Shown: positions 40,760 through 50,942 of the stretch, in pieces
Position numbering within the stretch: position 1 is the stretch's first letter
Layout: each line of letters starts with the position of its first letter
The notes under the pieces: model-generated
What the model saw: the letters and a program-made list of their open reading frames with translations, nothing else
Told to the model about the DNA's origin: nothing
The model's database searches: none
Made by a program: the position numbers and the translations under genes
Assembly (NCBI GenBank): GCA_965649205.1
Contig: CBFGJV010000001.1
Location: forward strand, 64,001-128,000
Source: a candidate division WOR-3 bacterium
GTDB taxonomy: Bacteria; Hydrothermota; Tepidihabitantia; Tepidihabitantales; Tepidihabitantaceae
Direction: 5' to 3'
DNA length: 64,000 bases

Positions 40760-41703
40760 ACGCGAACTACAGGCCTAGAGACGGCGTGGCGGTCCAAAGT
40801 GGCAAGTTTGCAGTAACGGTGGGTAGCACTACTTTCTCTAATCCTGTCCTTGCCGCATCAGGAACTTGGGAGTTCGGGCTGAGGTTTAAGAGGGTCTCTA
40901 ACCAGCTGGGTGGCATTGTGACCAAGGGTATTACACTAAGACCGCTTGATGGTAATCCGCCACCCAGGATTTATGAATTTCCTGGCGGAATTATAAATTC
41001 CGTCGGCCTCGAAAATCCGGGGTTAGAAACGTTTCGTCGTCAGTTTCTTCCGCGAATGTCTCGGCTTAAGTGCAGGATAATAGTAAACTTGGCAGGTTTT
41101 GCTCCGGAGGAGTATGAGAAACTTGTCGCCAGCTTGGAAGAAGAAGAAAAGATTGAAGGTTTTGAGTTGAATGTTTCGTGTCCTAATGTAAAAGGGGGGG
41201 GAAGCGTGTTTGGCCAGAGTCCGCGTCTGGTGGCTAGAATTACGGCCCTTGCGAGGAAGCGAACGCGAAAAACACTTTTCGTCAAGCTAACTGGCAACTT
41301 CGTCGATCCTGCCAAAACAGCTAGAGTAGCTGAAGCAGAGGGAGCAGATGCAGTTACGGTCCTGAATACGCTCTTTGGTTTGGCTCTCGACGAGCTAGGC
41401 AGACCTTTTCTGGGGGGGAAAACAGGAGGAATCTCCGGGCCTGCGATTAAACCATTTGCTCTTTACTGTGTCGACAGAGTTGCACGGACAGTGCGTATTC
41501 CTGTCGTTGGGTGTGGTGGAATAATGAGCGGTCGGGACGCCCTCGACTTTCTCAACGCTGGCGCAACTCTGGTACAGGTAGGCACTGCCAATCTGGTGAA
41601 TCCAGAGGCGCCATTGGATGTGTGGCGTGAACTAAGGGCGCTACTGGAAAGAAGAGAAGCCCAATCTGTACGCCCGCCCGAGAAAAAAGAGGAGGCACGA
41701 TGA
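40756..41703 (+). CDS. pyrD: Dihydroorotate dehydrogenase 1B catalytic subunit
   Basis: NPVLAASGT, GNPPPR, NSVGLENPG, ELNVSCPN, GGISGPAIKP. Confidence 0.96.
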   Translation: MNANYRPRDGVAVQSGKFAVTVGSTTFSNPVLAASGTWEFGLRFKRVSNQLGGIVTKGITLRPLDGNPPPRIYEFPGGIINSVGLENPGLETFRRQFLPRMSRLKCRIIVNLAGFAPEEYEKLVASLEEEEKIEGFELNVSCPNVKGGGSVFGQSPRLVARITALARKRTRKTLFVKLTGNFVDPAKTARVAEAEGADAVTVLNTLFGLALDELGRPFLGGKTGGISGPAIKPFALYCVDRVARTVRIPVVGCGGIMSGRDALDFLNAGATLVQVGTANLVNPEAPLDVWRELRALLERREAQSVRPPEKKEEAR

Positions 41704-42437
41704 CCAGACTAGCATTGGCCCTGAACGTAGGCAAGCCGGACTTAGCTCTGCAATTGCTAGATCGCATCGGAAATCAGGTCGATTGCTACAAACTGCAGAT
41801 GGACCTTTTTGGCAGAGCCGGACCGGACCTAGTACGTGAGTTTGTCAAGAGAGGAGCGTCCGTTTTTCTTGACCTCAAATTTCACGACATACCATCGGTT
41901 GTAGCCAATTCGGTAAGTGCAGCCGCAGAACTGCAGGTTTCGCTTCTTACTATACATGCCTGTGGCGGTGAGCCGATGATACGGGCTGCGGTAGATGCTG
42001 CTCATAAGGCAGAGGGCCGGAGACCGTTGATTTTAGCGGTTACGGTTTTAACCAGTCTAAGTGCAGCCGACTTACGCGAAACGTTCGGTTCAACAGACAG
42101 TGTGCAGGAAAGGGCACTGGCTCTGGCCTGCCTAGCGAAAAAGGCAGGGTGCGATGGCGTAGTTTGCTCGCCCCAAGAGCTGACGACAATCAAGATGTCG
42201 TGCGGCAAAGATTTCCTGGCTGTATGTCCTGGTATAAGACTGGAACCAGGGCAGCACGGAAGCCCTTGCCTTGCCGGCGAACCTACCCCAGCCCGGGATG
42301 ACCAAGTAAGAATTGGTACTCCAGCACAAGCGGCAAGGGACGGAGCTGACTACATAGTTGTCGGCAGGCCAATCTATGAGGCTGAATGTCCGCTTGAAGT
42401 TATTAGTCAGATCAAAGCGCAACTGGGGGAGCGATGA
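41700..42437 (+). CDS. pyrF: Orotidine-5'-phosphate decarboxylase
   Basis: FLDLKFHDIPS, AVTVLTS, PGIR, DQVR, VVGRPI. Confidence 0.96.
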   Translation: MTRLALALNVGKPDLALQLLDRIGNQVDCYKLQMDLFGRAGPDLVREFVKRGASVFLDLKFHDIPSVVANSVSAAAELQVSLLTIHACGGEPMIRAAVDAAHKAEGRRPLILAVTVLTSLSAADLRETFGSTDSVQERALALACLAKKAGCDGVVCSPQELTTIKMSCGKDFLAVCPGIRLEPGQHGSPCLAGEPTPARDDQVRIGTPAQAARDGADYIVVGRPIYEAECPLEVISQIKAQLGER

Positions 42438-43021
42438 ATTCCCAACAGCGATTCTCGTCGGACATTGCGGAACTCCTAAAGCAGCACGGAGTTCTTCAGG
42501 AAGGCCATTTCCTCTTGACCTCCGGCAAGCATTCGGGGCAGTATTTTGAGAAATTCAGAATTTTGGAGCATCCTGCCCTGTGCGAGGTCTTTGCCCGTCG
42601 AATTGCAGACCATTTTCAGAATGCAGGCATCACCGTGGTGTGTGGGCCGACCACGGGAGGCGTTATCATTGCGTATGAGGTTGCACGACAACTTGGCTGC
42701 AGATGCGTCATAGCCGAGAAGTCTCCTGAAGGCAGAAAAATAGGTCGCGGCTTCAGGTTAGACAAAGGTGACCGTGTGTTGGTAGTAGACGATGTGATGA
42801 CTACGGGTGGTTCCTTGCTGGAAACGATAGATGCTTTAGAGCAGTTCCCATCCCTCTTGGCAGGCATTGCTGTATACATAGATAGAAGTGGGGGAAAGGT
42901 GGAACTGAGGATGCCCCATTTCGCAGTATACACGCAGGCAGTAGAGAGCTTCGCTCCGGAATCCTGTCCCTTATGCCAGGCTGGTATTCCTCTTACCGTC
43001 CCCGGTCGTGGTGGCAGATAA
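42434..43021 (+). CDS. pyrE: Orotate phosphoribosyltransferase
   Basis: GHFLLTSGKHS, VLVVDDVMTTGGS, CPLC. Confidence 0.96.
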   Translation: MNSQQRFSSDIAELLKQHGVLQEGHFLLTSGKHSGQYFEKFRILEHPALCEVFARRIADHFQNAGITVVCGPTTGGVIIAYEVARQLGCRCVIAEKSPEGRKIGRGFRLDKGDRVLVVDDVMTTGGSLLETIDALEQFPSLLAGIAVYIDRSGGKVELRMPHFAVYTQAVESFAPESCPLCQAGIPLTVPGRGGR

Positions 43022-43342
43022 CTAGTCGCGACGCTTTTTCTCTGCTTCGTATTCTCTCTGTTTAGCGTCGCGCTCTGCCTCGAGCTTGGCGATTTTTTCC
43101 ACAAGCTGCTTAATGCGGCCATCTGCGGCGATGGGTGAATCCGGTTCAGTTGAAAGCTGTCGATAGACAAGTTTACCAAGCTCAGCCAGCTTCCTCTCTA
43201 TTTGTCGACTCATATTGAGGATCTCCAGCTTCAACCGACCCCTACGGGTGAGATCCTCAGCCTCTTTTATGGCGCTGTGAGTGGCATCGGAAAGCCATTC
43301 ACCTACATCTACCAGTAGAGCTTTGAAGTCTTTGTTACTCAT
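43022..43342 (-). CDS. Hypothetical coiled-coil protein
   Basis: 106-aa helical ORF with TTGACA-N16-TAGGCT-N6-ATG promoter. Confidence 0.75.
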   Translation of the reverse strand: MSNKDFKALLVDVGEWLSDATHSAIKEAEDLTRRGRLKLEILNMSRQIERKLAELGKLVYRQLSTEPDSPIAADGRIKQLVEKIAKLEAERDAKQREYEAEKKRRD

Positions 43343-43430
43343 GCATCAAGCCTAACTATGGGTGCTTTTTTGTCAAATAAGAGGATTGGCTGCATAGCGT
43401 ATGATAGAATGACAGGCAGGAGGGGTAAGA

Positions 43431-43604
43431 GTGATCGAGACCCGGGGAGTTGGGGAGGGGATGAAATGCCGTTTCTATAAGCTCTTCGGAAAATCTGGAC
43501 TTATGTCTGGAAGGTACATCTCGAATCGTAATACTCGTGAGTATTATTCGGGTAGTTGGAATAGGCGGAGTGAAAAGACATCGCCCAGAAAGGGTGCCGG
43601 TTAA
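43431..43604 (+). CDS. Candidate 57-aa small protein (below ORF-track cutoff)
   Basis: TGA-TAGAAT extended -10 (43402-43410), AGGAGG RBS, GTG start; MIETRGVGEGMKCRFYKLFGKSGLMSGRYISNRNTREYYSGSWNRRSEKTSPRKGAG. Confidence 0.35.
   Translation: MIETRGVGEGMKCRFYKLFGKSGLMSGRYISNRNTREYYSGSWNRRSEKTSPRKGAG
43527..43548. repeat. Palindrome copy 2
   Basis: CGTAATACTCGTGAGTATTATT, 19/22 identical to 17471-17492. Confidence 0.75.
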
Positions 43605-43677
43605 CGGCAAGCAAATTCGGAAGGTGCCTCGGGTTTTATTCTCTGGCGCGTTCTGCCTTTTTAGGTAGAATTTGTCT

Positions 43678-44769
43678 GTGAAAACCGGATATGCGAGTTT
43701 ACCTCTACACCGAGGCTCAGCCCCTGCTTGGCTCTTTGTCCGAATGGTGAAGCTTGGCCGGGCGATTACGGAGTTGATTATCGCCGAGCGTGGCACTGAG
43801 GAATTCCTGCGCCGGATAGCAGACCCCATTTGGTTTCAAAGTCTGGGATGCGTGTTGGGTTTTGACTGGCATTCTTCGGGAGTAACCACCACAGTGTGTG
43901 GTGCTCTGAAGGAAGCCGTCAAGGGAGACGAACGTGCACTCGGACTGTACATTTGTGGCGGCAAGGGTGCTGTCTCACGGAAAACACCCGAAGAAATACG
44001 CAAACACTCAGAGACGTTTGGCCTGGACGCAGAAAAGTTGGTAAAGGCGAGCCGACTCTCTGCTAAAGTGGATTCAGCCGCGTTACAAGACGGTTATCAG
44101 CTCTATCAACACGTGTTCATAGGAACTGCAAGCGGTGACTGGGCTGTGGTGCAGCAGGGAATGAATACCGAGACTGGGTGGGCACGTCGTTACCACTGGC
44201 TCTCTTTTAAGCTGGACAGTTTCGTTAACGAACCACACGCAGCCATCTGTTCTCCACTAGCTCGAGCCCCGCTCAATATGGTCGCCACTGAAGCCGAAGA
44301 ATGCAGGAACCGAACCGTGTCTCTTGCGGAGAATGGCCCGAACGCAGTGTGTAGAGACTTAGAAAAAATCAGAAAGCTTGGACTACCGCCCCATCACCCT
44401 GTGCTTCCAAGCGACTTCTCTAACAGGTACTTTTACAAAGTTCTTACGACAACTTACGAGAATCCTCCTAAAGACTTCCGTGAACTTTTACTCACTCCGG
44501 GTGTGGGCCCGAAAACAGTTAGAGCCCTAGCCCTGGTAGCAGATGTCGTGTACGGAGCAAAGCCAAGTTTCCGGGACCCTGTGACTTATTCGTTTGCCTT
44601 AGGTGGTAAAGACGGCCATCCATATCCAGTAGATAGAGAAACCTACGACCAGACGGTAGCTATTCTGGAAAAAGGGATCAGGGCGGCCAAGTTGGGGGGA
44701 AGAGAAGAGCTGAATGCGTTACGTCGGCTGGAAGAATTTTATGCCAGGGACCGGAGAACAGTAACATGA
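43678..44769 (+). CDS. DUF763 family protein
   Basis: LPLHRGSAPAWLF, DPIWFQSLGCVLGFDWHSSGVTT, WAVVQQGMN, ARRYHW, GGKDGHPYPV. Confidence 0.92.
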   Translation: MKTGYASLPLHRGSAPAWLFVRMVKLGRAITELIIAERGTEEFLRRIADPIWFQSLGCVLGFDWHSSGVTTTVCGALKEAVKGDERALGLYICGGKGAVSRKTPEEIRKHSETFGLDAEKLVKASRLSAKVDSAALQDGYQLYQHVFIGTASGDWAVVQQGMNTETGWARRYHWLSFKLDSFVNEPHAAICSPLARAPLNMVATEAEECRNRTVSLAENGPNAVCRDLEKIRKLGLPPHHPVLPSDFSNRYFYKVLTTTYENPPKDFRELLLTPGVGPKTVRALALVADVVYGAKPSFRDPVTYSFALGGKDGHPYPVDRETYDQTVAILEKGIRAAKLGGREELNALRRLEEFYARDRRTVT

Positions 44770-45707
44770 GGCCTTCGGGCGAGAAAACTTTGCCAGTGGG
44801 CTTCGTCGAAAGATACGCCACGTTCATACCCGATTTGGAAGACTTCGTAGCTGCGATGCTACGCCCTGCGCGCAGAACTCTTCGTATCAACACTCTTAAG
44901 GCGACCAGGGAACAAGCTCTAGAATGGTTAGATGACTTGCATCCCGAAGAGTTGCCTTGGTGGAACCTAGCCTTTGCAATAAAGCACGACACAGGCATAG
45001 GCAAAAGGCTTGATCACTTTCTAGGTCTTTACTATCTGCAGGATGCCTCTTCGATGGTTCCAGCATTGATACTTGGTCCTAGACGTAATGAGACTGTGCT
45101 TGACCTGGCCGCAGCTCCGGGCTCTAAAACCACTCAGATGTCTGCCATGATGGAGAATACCGGATTGCTTATAGCCAACGATTCTTCCAGCAGCCGGGTG
45201 CGAGGACTCATTGGTAACATTGACCGGGCCGGGTGTTTGAACGTGGTAGTGTGTAGAATGGACGGTATAGCCTTATCTCGCCAACTCGAGGGCAGATGTG
45301 ATCGAGTGCTTGTTGATGCTCCCTGTACTTGCGAGGGCACCATGCGCAAGTCAAGGCAGGCGGTCACACGCTGGTCAGTGGAGGCATGCGAAAGATTTAG
45401 TCGGCTACAGAAGGGATTGGTTCTTGCCGGCTATCGAAGTCTCCGCCCCGGAGGTAGCATGGTATATTCAACTTGCACGATTGCTCCAGAAGAGAACGAG
45501 ATAGTCGTTGCTTATCTGCTCGAGAAAAACCCGGAAGCTGAATTGCTCCCTGTAAGTTTGCCTGGTTTTACAATGCGCGAAGCACTGAGTAAATGGCAGA
45601 ACAGAGTTTTTCCCGAAGCAGTTAAAAACTGTCGGCGGGTGCTGCCTCAAGACAATGACAGCGAAGCGTTTTTTCTCGCTCTAGTGAGGAAACCGTGCAA
45701 AGGATAA
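44766..45707 (+). CDS. NOL1/NOP2/Sun (RsmF/RsmB-like) RNA m5C methyltransferase, catalytic domain
   Basis: YLQDASSM, DLAAAPGSKTTQ, LVDAPCTCEG, VYSTCTIAPEENE. Confidence 0.93.
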   Translation: MRPSGEKTLPVGFVERYATFIPDLEDFVAAMLRPARRTLRINTLKATREQALEWLDDLHPEELPWWNLAFAIKHDTGIGKRLDHFLGLYYLQDASSMVPALILGPRRNETVLDLAAAPGSKTTQMSAMMENTGLLIANDSSSSRVRGLIGNIDRAGCLNVVVCRMDGIALSRQLEGRCDRVLVDAPCTCEGTMRKSRQAVTRWSVEACERFSRLQKGLVLAGYRSLRPGGSMVYSTCTIAPEENEIVVAYLLEKNPEAELLPVSLPGFTMREALSKWQNRVFPEAVKNCRRVLPQDNDSEAFFLALVRKPCKG

Positions 45708-46129
45708 GGCAGGTCTATGATTTGGCGGAAAGGTTTGGCATACCTACAGAGGTCGTCGATCAGCTGAGTTTCGAACGGGGAGTGGGCGCTATCTTCGTAG
45801 GCACAAGAGAAGTGATAGAGTTTGATTTGGTACGACCCATGCGTAAAGGGATGCGACTTCTGCGTGTGTTTCCGCATTCACTTAAACCCACCACTTGGGC
45901 GATGCAGATACTGGGACGATACGCCAGCAAAAATGTCATCGACGTAAACGAGGAACAGGCTGTAAACCTAGTCAGAGGTAAAAACCTGGAGCTGGAAGCA
46001 GCAGTTGAAGATGGGTTTGTACTTATTAGATGTCGAGGCTTCGTCGTAGGGGTGGGACTCTATCGCCGTCCGATGATCAAATCACAGATTCCTCGTCATC
46101 GGCCGGTTGAAAACGCCAGTTCTGGTTAG
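45695..46129 (+). CDS. Stand-alone PUA-like domain similar to the RsmF C-terminus
   Basis: GMRLLR...KPTTWAMQILG...NVIDVNEEQA..LVRG...GFVLI...VGVG; overlaps the methyltransferase gene. Confidence 0.7.
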   Translation: MQRIRQVYDLAERFGIPTEVVDQLSFERGVGAIFVGTREVIEFDLVRPMRKGMRLLRVFPHSLKPTTWAMQILGRYASKNVIDVNEEQAVNLVRGKNLELEAAVEDGFVLIRCRGFVVGVGLYRRPMIKSQIPRHRPVENASSG

Positions 46130-46139
46130 TTTCTGCACG

Positions 46140-46164
46140 AAAAAGGGGCCGCTTAGCGGCCCCT
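46140..46164 (-). terminator. Intrinsic terminator
   Basis: AGGGGCCGC-N3-GCGGCCCCT with U-tract on the minus strand, between convergent genes. Confidence 0.75.
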
Positions 46165-46183
46165 GAGCTGAGATTACCCTGTC

Positions 46184-49100
46184 TTACTTTGTCAGAACAA
46201 TTCGCTTACGCTCAGTTCTTTCCGGCGTACTGAACTCCACAAAGTAAATGCCAGCCGGCAGATGTTCCGGTTCCCAGTAGAACTGATTATTACCTTTCTG
46301 GGCACTGAATATAACGGTTTCCTTTCTTCTGCCGCAGGCATCGAAAACATCCAGCTTGACTTCCTGTGCGGTCTCGGACACATAACTCAACCAGGTTCCT
46401 CGAATAAAAGGATTAGGACCTATGCGGAATTCTAAACCACGGACAGAGGGCGAAACGTATGGCTCCGTTATACCTACAGGCAAATTGAAGCCAGTGACTT
46501 TGACTATCTGGTCCTTAGCATTCCCGTTTCGCATCACAGTTACCCAGTACGAGCCGTCGCGGGGGTCATACTCGATTCCCCGCACATCCCAAGTGGCCGT
46601 GGGAAATCTGAATCCACGCAGCAGCACACCGGACCCTTGTTCTAGCTCATACATACCACAACTATCTGGAGTCGTGCCGCTAGAATTGTACCAGGTGTAA
46701 ATGTTCAAAAGGGAAGGAGGGAATACGGGGTTGCCTTCGTCAAGAGCAAGGCAGCGCGGACCAAGATTTCCGCTCAGGGGATGGTCGAGTACTCCCAGGA
46801 CATTGCCAAGTGTATCCAGCATGTAGATGTATTGCGGTGTTTGACCGCTAAATCGCCGGTCTGAAACGTATAGCGTACGAGAGTAAGGCTCTTCGGCAAT
46901 CCCCACTGGGTGTGCAGGAAGCAAAAGTGGCAAAGAACGCAGAATGGTACCACTCGGGGTTATCTTGTACAGCCTTTTGCTGGCATTAGCCAGAACCCAG
47001 AAGGTGTTATCGTAAGAACAGTATGTCAGGTCGGTACAGGAATCTTCTGGGGCGGGGATACTGCCAAGGGGAGCAAGCGAACTGTCTGAACTGAATTTGT
47101 AGATGTACGGACTGAGGTAGTGACAGCAGTAGAGAACATTTTCCACTCTGTTGTAGGCAAGGCCTTGGAGGCCAGCCTCTGTTGGCAGCCCCGAAGCAAT
47201 TTTGGGCCCCCAGAGTGTTTGGCCTGGCGGGGTAGGTTGCTTCCCTACGGTTAAAGTGAATATAATATCTCTTTCGTAGTCCACAGTGTCCGCACGAAGA
47301 CGCAAGGTACACTTTACGGTTGTTCCGGGCAATATGGTTGGATCAGCCATCAGGGTAAACGGGTCGGCACTGTTAATGGCACTATCTCCTCTGGGAATGT
47401 TACCCCAGCTTCCGAGAGGATCAGTCACAGAGAGACGGTTATCGCCCGATATCAGCTCACCAGTTACGCGATATCCATCTTTCCCCCCTATATTCCGCAG
47501 AGTAATCTTCACTTGGGCAATTTCGCCTGGGTCCAGTCGGCCGTTACCATTTCCACCTGGCGGAGGATCGGAAACTGCCTCTCGGGTGAACACAAGGTAA
47601 CATCCGCCCGTAATGACCTGAATTGAATCAAGGTACGGAATACAGTTAGAGTTAGTTATAGTCAGTTTCATCGTTCCAGGCGTAAGGGGCGACACTAAAA
47701 GTATGACTTCGCCCCTTGAATTGGTCCAACCACGTGCGAAAGTCTCACCGTCCTTCGTTAGGCAAACTAAGGCAGAGCAGACGGGAGTTTCACCTCTGTA
47801 AACGCTGATCTGTACTGGGATGTTCTCACCTATACCTACGGCCTCAGGTTTGACAACACGAGGAATGAACGGTTGGCCGGTCCACAGTGGCACTGCTGGT
47901 TCGCCGAACAGGTTGCGTTCAAAGCTCTCCATGCGGTACTTAGCCGAATCTTTTATCCGGAAGGTCCAGTAGTCCTTGCCATATGCTAGTACTTCACCCA
48001 TAGTAGGCCGACGACCAGTACGAAATCCGTAGTAGCCATAGGCTATGGCGTAGTTGAAAAGTTCGGCACAATTCACCCAACCCGACTTGTCGTTTTTGCA
48101 CACGCCGATAAAACCGTTCGGGGCGTGGAATACCATATTTTCTGCGATACAGTCTCCGTTAGTACTGCCCAGATCCCATTCTCCAGTATTGCAGCAGACA
48201 TACGTAGAGAAGTTCAAGCGGTTAGGGTTCGTCAGTGTGTTCAGCATAGCGCTGGTCACGTTGCCACCCAGCTGGAATAAATCTGGAGAACCGTGGGCTA
48301 TTATGGATCCGAATCCGTACCCGGAATTCAGGGAATCGCAGAACCTCTGAGGCGTAGGCGTAACCATCCCTCCCGAAGAGTACATTTTGCAGTCAAACCA
48401 CGGCGGGGTGGGCGAAGCATTCGCCACCGAATCGTTAAAATTGTTCGAGAATGTTACACCGTTAGGTAACAGGTCCTTGGTTACCCACGTTACGGTTGTG
48501 TCGGGGTTGAGTTCATAACGGAATAGCTTATCCAGATAGTTGCCCAGTTTATTGTAGCCAGGCTTGAGTGTAATCATTCCTACGAAGACGTCTGCATAGC
48601 CGTCAACCGAGTCTGCTACCTCGCCAAATACGCTGTTGCCATTACGATCCCAATCGCCGTCCAGGTCCGAGAAGTACTGGTCACACTTCATATTGTAATT
48701 GTAGGCTCGGGCAATGCGCACCTGGTTAGAACCTGAGGGATAATCGTCGCGGGCTATGAATACATATATAGTACCCCAGGTAGTATCCGCATCTTTGATG
48801 AAATTGCGCATCTTTTCAGCGTCATCTCTTCCTGGATAGGTGGTCAGAATTGACTCCAAAGGCATTACCCGCGAACGCCAGCCTTGCCGTGTACGCCATG
48901 CACACAGTTGCGCAAAGGAATCCGCATATATGGCGCGAGTAATGACTATATGTTCGAATTGACCCGGTGGCAATAAGAAGGAACCTTTGGTCTCTTCTCG
49001 GCGGACCGGCGGAGCAAAACGCGCAACATCCTGCGAGTTGACAACGAGATTGGCTACATGGCTGCCGTGAATAGCATTCTGCAGCTCGGTACGACTCTGG

Positions 49101-49636
49101 GCTGGTCGGCGACCGGTTGCATACGAAAGCCTCACCGTAATACTCTTTGTCAGACTCAGAGTGCGCCGCACCGGATTGTAGCGAAGGGGATATACGCAGA
49201 AGTCAACCAACCGGTATCCGGATTTGTTGCCTGCGGTTCCTATCTCAGCGGGTAATAGGGGATAGAGTGCGTCTTCCTCATAGACCTGCGGGTCAGGCTC
49301 AACAAAAGGTTGTTTCGGCGGGTCGATGCTAAACGGAACAGGATGTTGAACGGGCAGAATGTGGAATTCCCCAGGTAGCGGTTCTTCCTGTACAGACGTC
49401 ACCTCGAAGTTGGTGATGACCGCATCTGACGGGATGAGAAAATGAGATATGACTGCAGGCAGATCTGGCATACCCAAATGCTCGATATGGGCGGCGCAGG
49501 GATAATCAACTGTCTGGTAATCCTCTGCAGTGCCGAAGATCACTCGGTCGGCATAAAAATGGAAAGTATGCTCTATTGTGCCGGCTGGCGCGAAAGAGAG
49601 TAAGAGCAAAATTCCCAAGACAAGATTATGATACAT
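46184..49636 (-). CDS. Second secreted C25 (gingipain-like) peptidase with beta-propeller and T9SS-like CTD
   Basis: AAGGAGG RBS; signal peptide; propeptide; GRDDAEKMRNFI, IAHGS (His), YVCCNTG (Cys), LFGEP; CTD PNPF...GIYF. Confidence 0.88.
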   Translation of the reverse strand: MYHNLVLGILLLLSFAPAGTIEHTFHFYADRVIFGTAEDYQTVDYPCAAHIEHLGMPDLPAVISHFLIPSDAVITNFEVTSVQEEPLPGEFHILPVQHPVPFSIDPPKQPFVEPDPQVYEEDALYPLLPAEIGTAGNKSGYRLVDFCVYPLRYNPVRRTLSLTKSITVRLSYATGRRPAQSRTELQNAIHGSHVANLVVNSQDVARFAPPVRREETKGSFLLPPGQFEHIVITRAIYADSFAQLCAWRTRQGWRSRVMPLESILTTYPGRDDAEKMRNFIKDADTTWGTIYVFIARDDYPSGSNQVRIARAYNYNMKCDQYFSDLDGDWDRNGNSVFGEVADSVDGYADVFVGMITLKPGYNKLGNYLDKLFRYELNPDTTVTWVTKDLLPNGVTFSNNFNDSVANASPTPPWFDCKMYSSGGMVTPTPQRFCDSLNSGYGFGSIIAHGSPDLFQLGGNVTSAMLNTLTNPNRLNFSTYVCCNTGEWDLGSTNGDCIAENMVFHAPNGFIGVCKNDKSGWVNCAELFNYAIAYGYYGFRTGRRPTMGEVLAYGKDYWTFRIKDSAKYRMESFERNLFGEPAVPLWTGQPFIPRVVKPEAVGIGENIPVQISVYRGETPVCSALVCLTKDGETFARGWTNSRGEVILLVSPLTPGTMKLTITNSNCIPYLDSIQVITGGCYLVFTREAVSDPPPGGNGNGRLDPGEIAQVKITLRNIGGKDGYRVTGELISGDNRLSVTDPLGSWGNIPRGDSAINSADPFTLMADPTILPGTTVKCTLRLRADTVDYERDIIFTLTVGKQPTPPGQTLWGPKIASGLPTEAGLQGLAYNRVENVLYCCHYLSPYIYKFSSDSSLAPLGSIPAPEDSCTDLTYCSYDNTFWVLANASKRLYKITPSGTILRSLPLLLPAHPVGIAEEPYSRTLYVSDRRFSGQTPQYIYMLDTLGNVLGVLDHPLSGNLGPRCLALDEGNPVFPPSLLNIYTWYNSSGTTPDSCGMYELEQGSGVLLRGFRFPTATWDVRGIEYDPRDGSYWVTVMRNGNAKDQIVKVTGFNLPVGITEPYVSPSVRGLEFRIGPNPFIRGTWLSYVSETAQEVKLDVFDACGRRKETVIFSAQKGNNQFYWEPEHLPAGIYFVEFSTPERTERKRIVLTK

Positions 49637-49865
49637 GGTGCCTCCTTGGCGGTTTTCATATCTCTGCCGCCTACTAATAGGCAGCTGTAGCAGAGCATGA
49701 TTCAAAGCTACATCGCCTGCGTTTGATGTCAATAGCCGACCGTTCGAGAACGGACCAGGGCAGACGACTTCTTGACTATGCAGGTAAGAGCTCTAAGATA
49801 GCCGCAAGATGCCACAATACGTAAGCTAATTCACAAGTTTGCTTGATAGAGAATACGGAGGAACG

Positions 49866-50942
49866 ATGAAGCTATACGCGGTAATACTCTGCGGGGGCAA
49901 AGGTGAGCGGTTCTGGCCAAAGAGCCGTCGATCAAACCCCAAGCAGTTTGCGAGCCTAGTCGGTCAAAGTTCGTTACTGCAACAAACCGTTGCCCGGATA
50001 ACGCAGCTGTGTCCCCCTAGTAGGCGATTGTTTGTCGCACCCGTGGAGCTGGAAAAGCAGGTGCGGAAACAGGTGAAGCCCGTACCACCGGGGTGTCTCC
50101 TGCTCGAACCCGAGGGCAAGAACACTGCGCCGGCCATAGGTCTGGCAGCGGCCTGGTTGCAGGCCAAGACGCCAGACGCCACTATGGTGGTGTTGCCTGC
50201 CGACCATCTTGTAAGAAATAGACAGGCTTTTCTGGCGGCAGTAAAATTTGCCGCAGAACTCGCGCAGGAACACCTTTTGGTCACATTCGGCATTCCTCCC
50301 GATCGACCAGATACAGGGTACGGCTACATTGAAATTGGGGACAAGATACGCGCCAGCGACGGCAGGAGCGCACATAAGGTTCTGGGATTCAAGGAAAAAC
50401 CGGACTATCAAACCGCTACCGAGTACGTTTCAGCCGGTCGTTTTCTCTGGAACAGCGGGATGTTTGTATGGCGGGTTGATACCATTATGGACGCCTTTCG
50501 GCGCTTTATGCCTGATTTGGCGGCAAACATGACACGACTAACAAAAGCCATTGGTGGCAAGAAGGAACAGGCTGCGGTACGGCAGATGTATCGCCAAACG
50601 GAGAATATCTCCATTGACTACGCAGTAATGGAGAAGGCGGACAACATTGCCGTAGTAAGGGCCGACTTTGATTGGGACGACGTCGGTTCCTGGCCAGCGC
50701 TAGCGAGACACCTGAAGCCCGATGCGGCCGGCAACGTAGCCCAGGGTCTCGCTTGTCTGCATAATTCCCATAATTGCGTGGTAAGCAGTGATACGGGCTT
50801 AGTAGCGCTTCTGGGCGTTAAAGACTTGGTGGTCGTACGGGCAGCCGATGCGGTTTTCGTGGCGCAGAAAAGCGAACTGGACAGCATGAAGGCCATGCTC
50901 AGTACAATGGCCAAAGACAGTAAACTGAGGAAATTTCTGTGA
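49866..50942 (+). CDS. manC: Mannose-1-phosphate guanylyltransferase
   Basis: VILCGGKGERFWPKSR..PKQF, EPEGKNTAPAI, PADH, TGYGYI, FKEKP, WDDVGSW. Confidence 0.95.
   Translation: MKLYAVILCGGKGERFWPKSRRSNPKQFASLVGQSSLLQQTVARITQLCPPSRRLFVAPVELEKQVRKQVKPVPPGCLLLEPEGKNTAPAIGLAAAWLQAKTPDATMVVLPADHLVRNRQAFLAAVKFAAELAQEHLLVTFGIPPDRPDTGYGYIEIGDKIRASDGRSAHKVLGFKEKPDYQTATEYVSAGRFLWNSGMFVWRVDTIMDAFRRFMPDLAANMTRLTKAIGGKKEQAAVRQMYRQTENISIDYAVMEKADNIAVVRADFDWDDVGSWPALARHLKPDAAGNVAQGLACLHNSHNCVVSSDTGLVALLGVKDLVVVRAADAVFVAQKSELDSMKAMLSTMAKDSKLRKFL

Noticed and set aside
49136..49890. Half-sites GTAATACTC within the C25 gene and manC, plus a spaced dyad in cysS near 34022
   Set aside because: Inside coding sequence and lacking the full palindrome; explained by codons.
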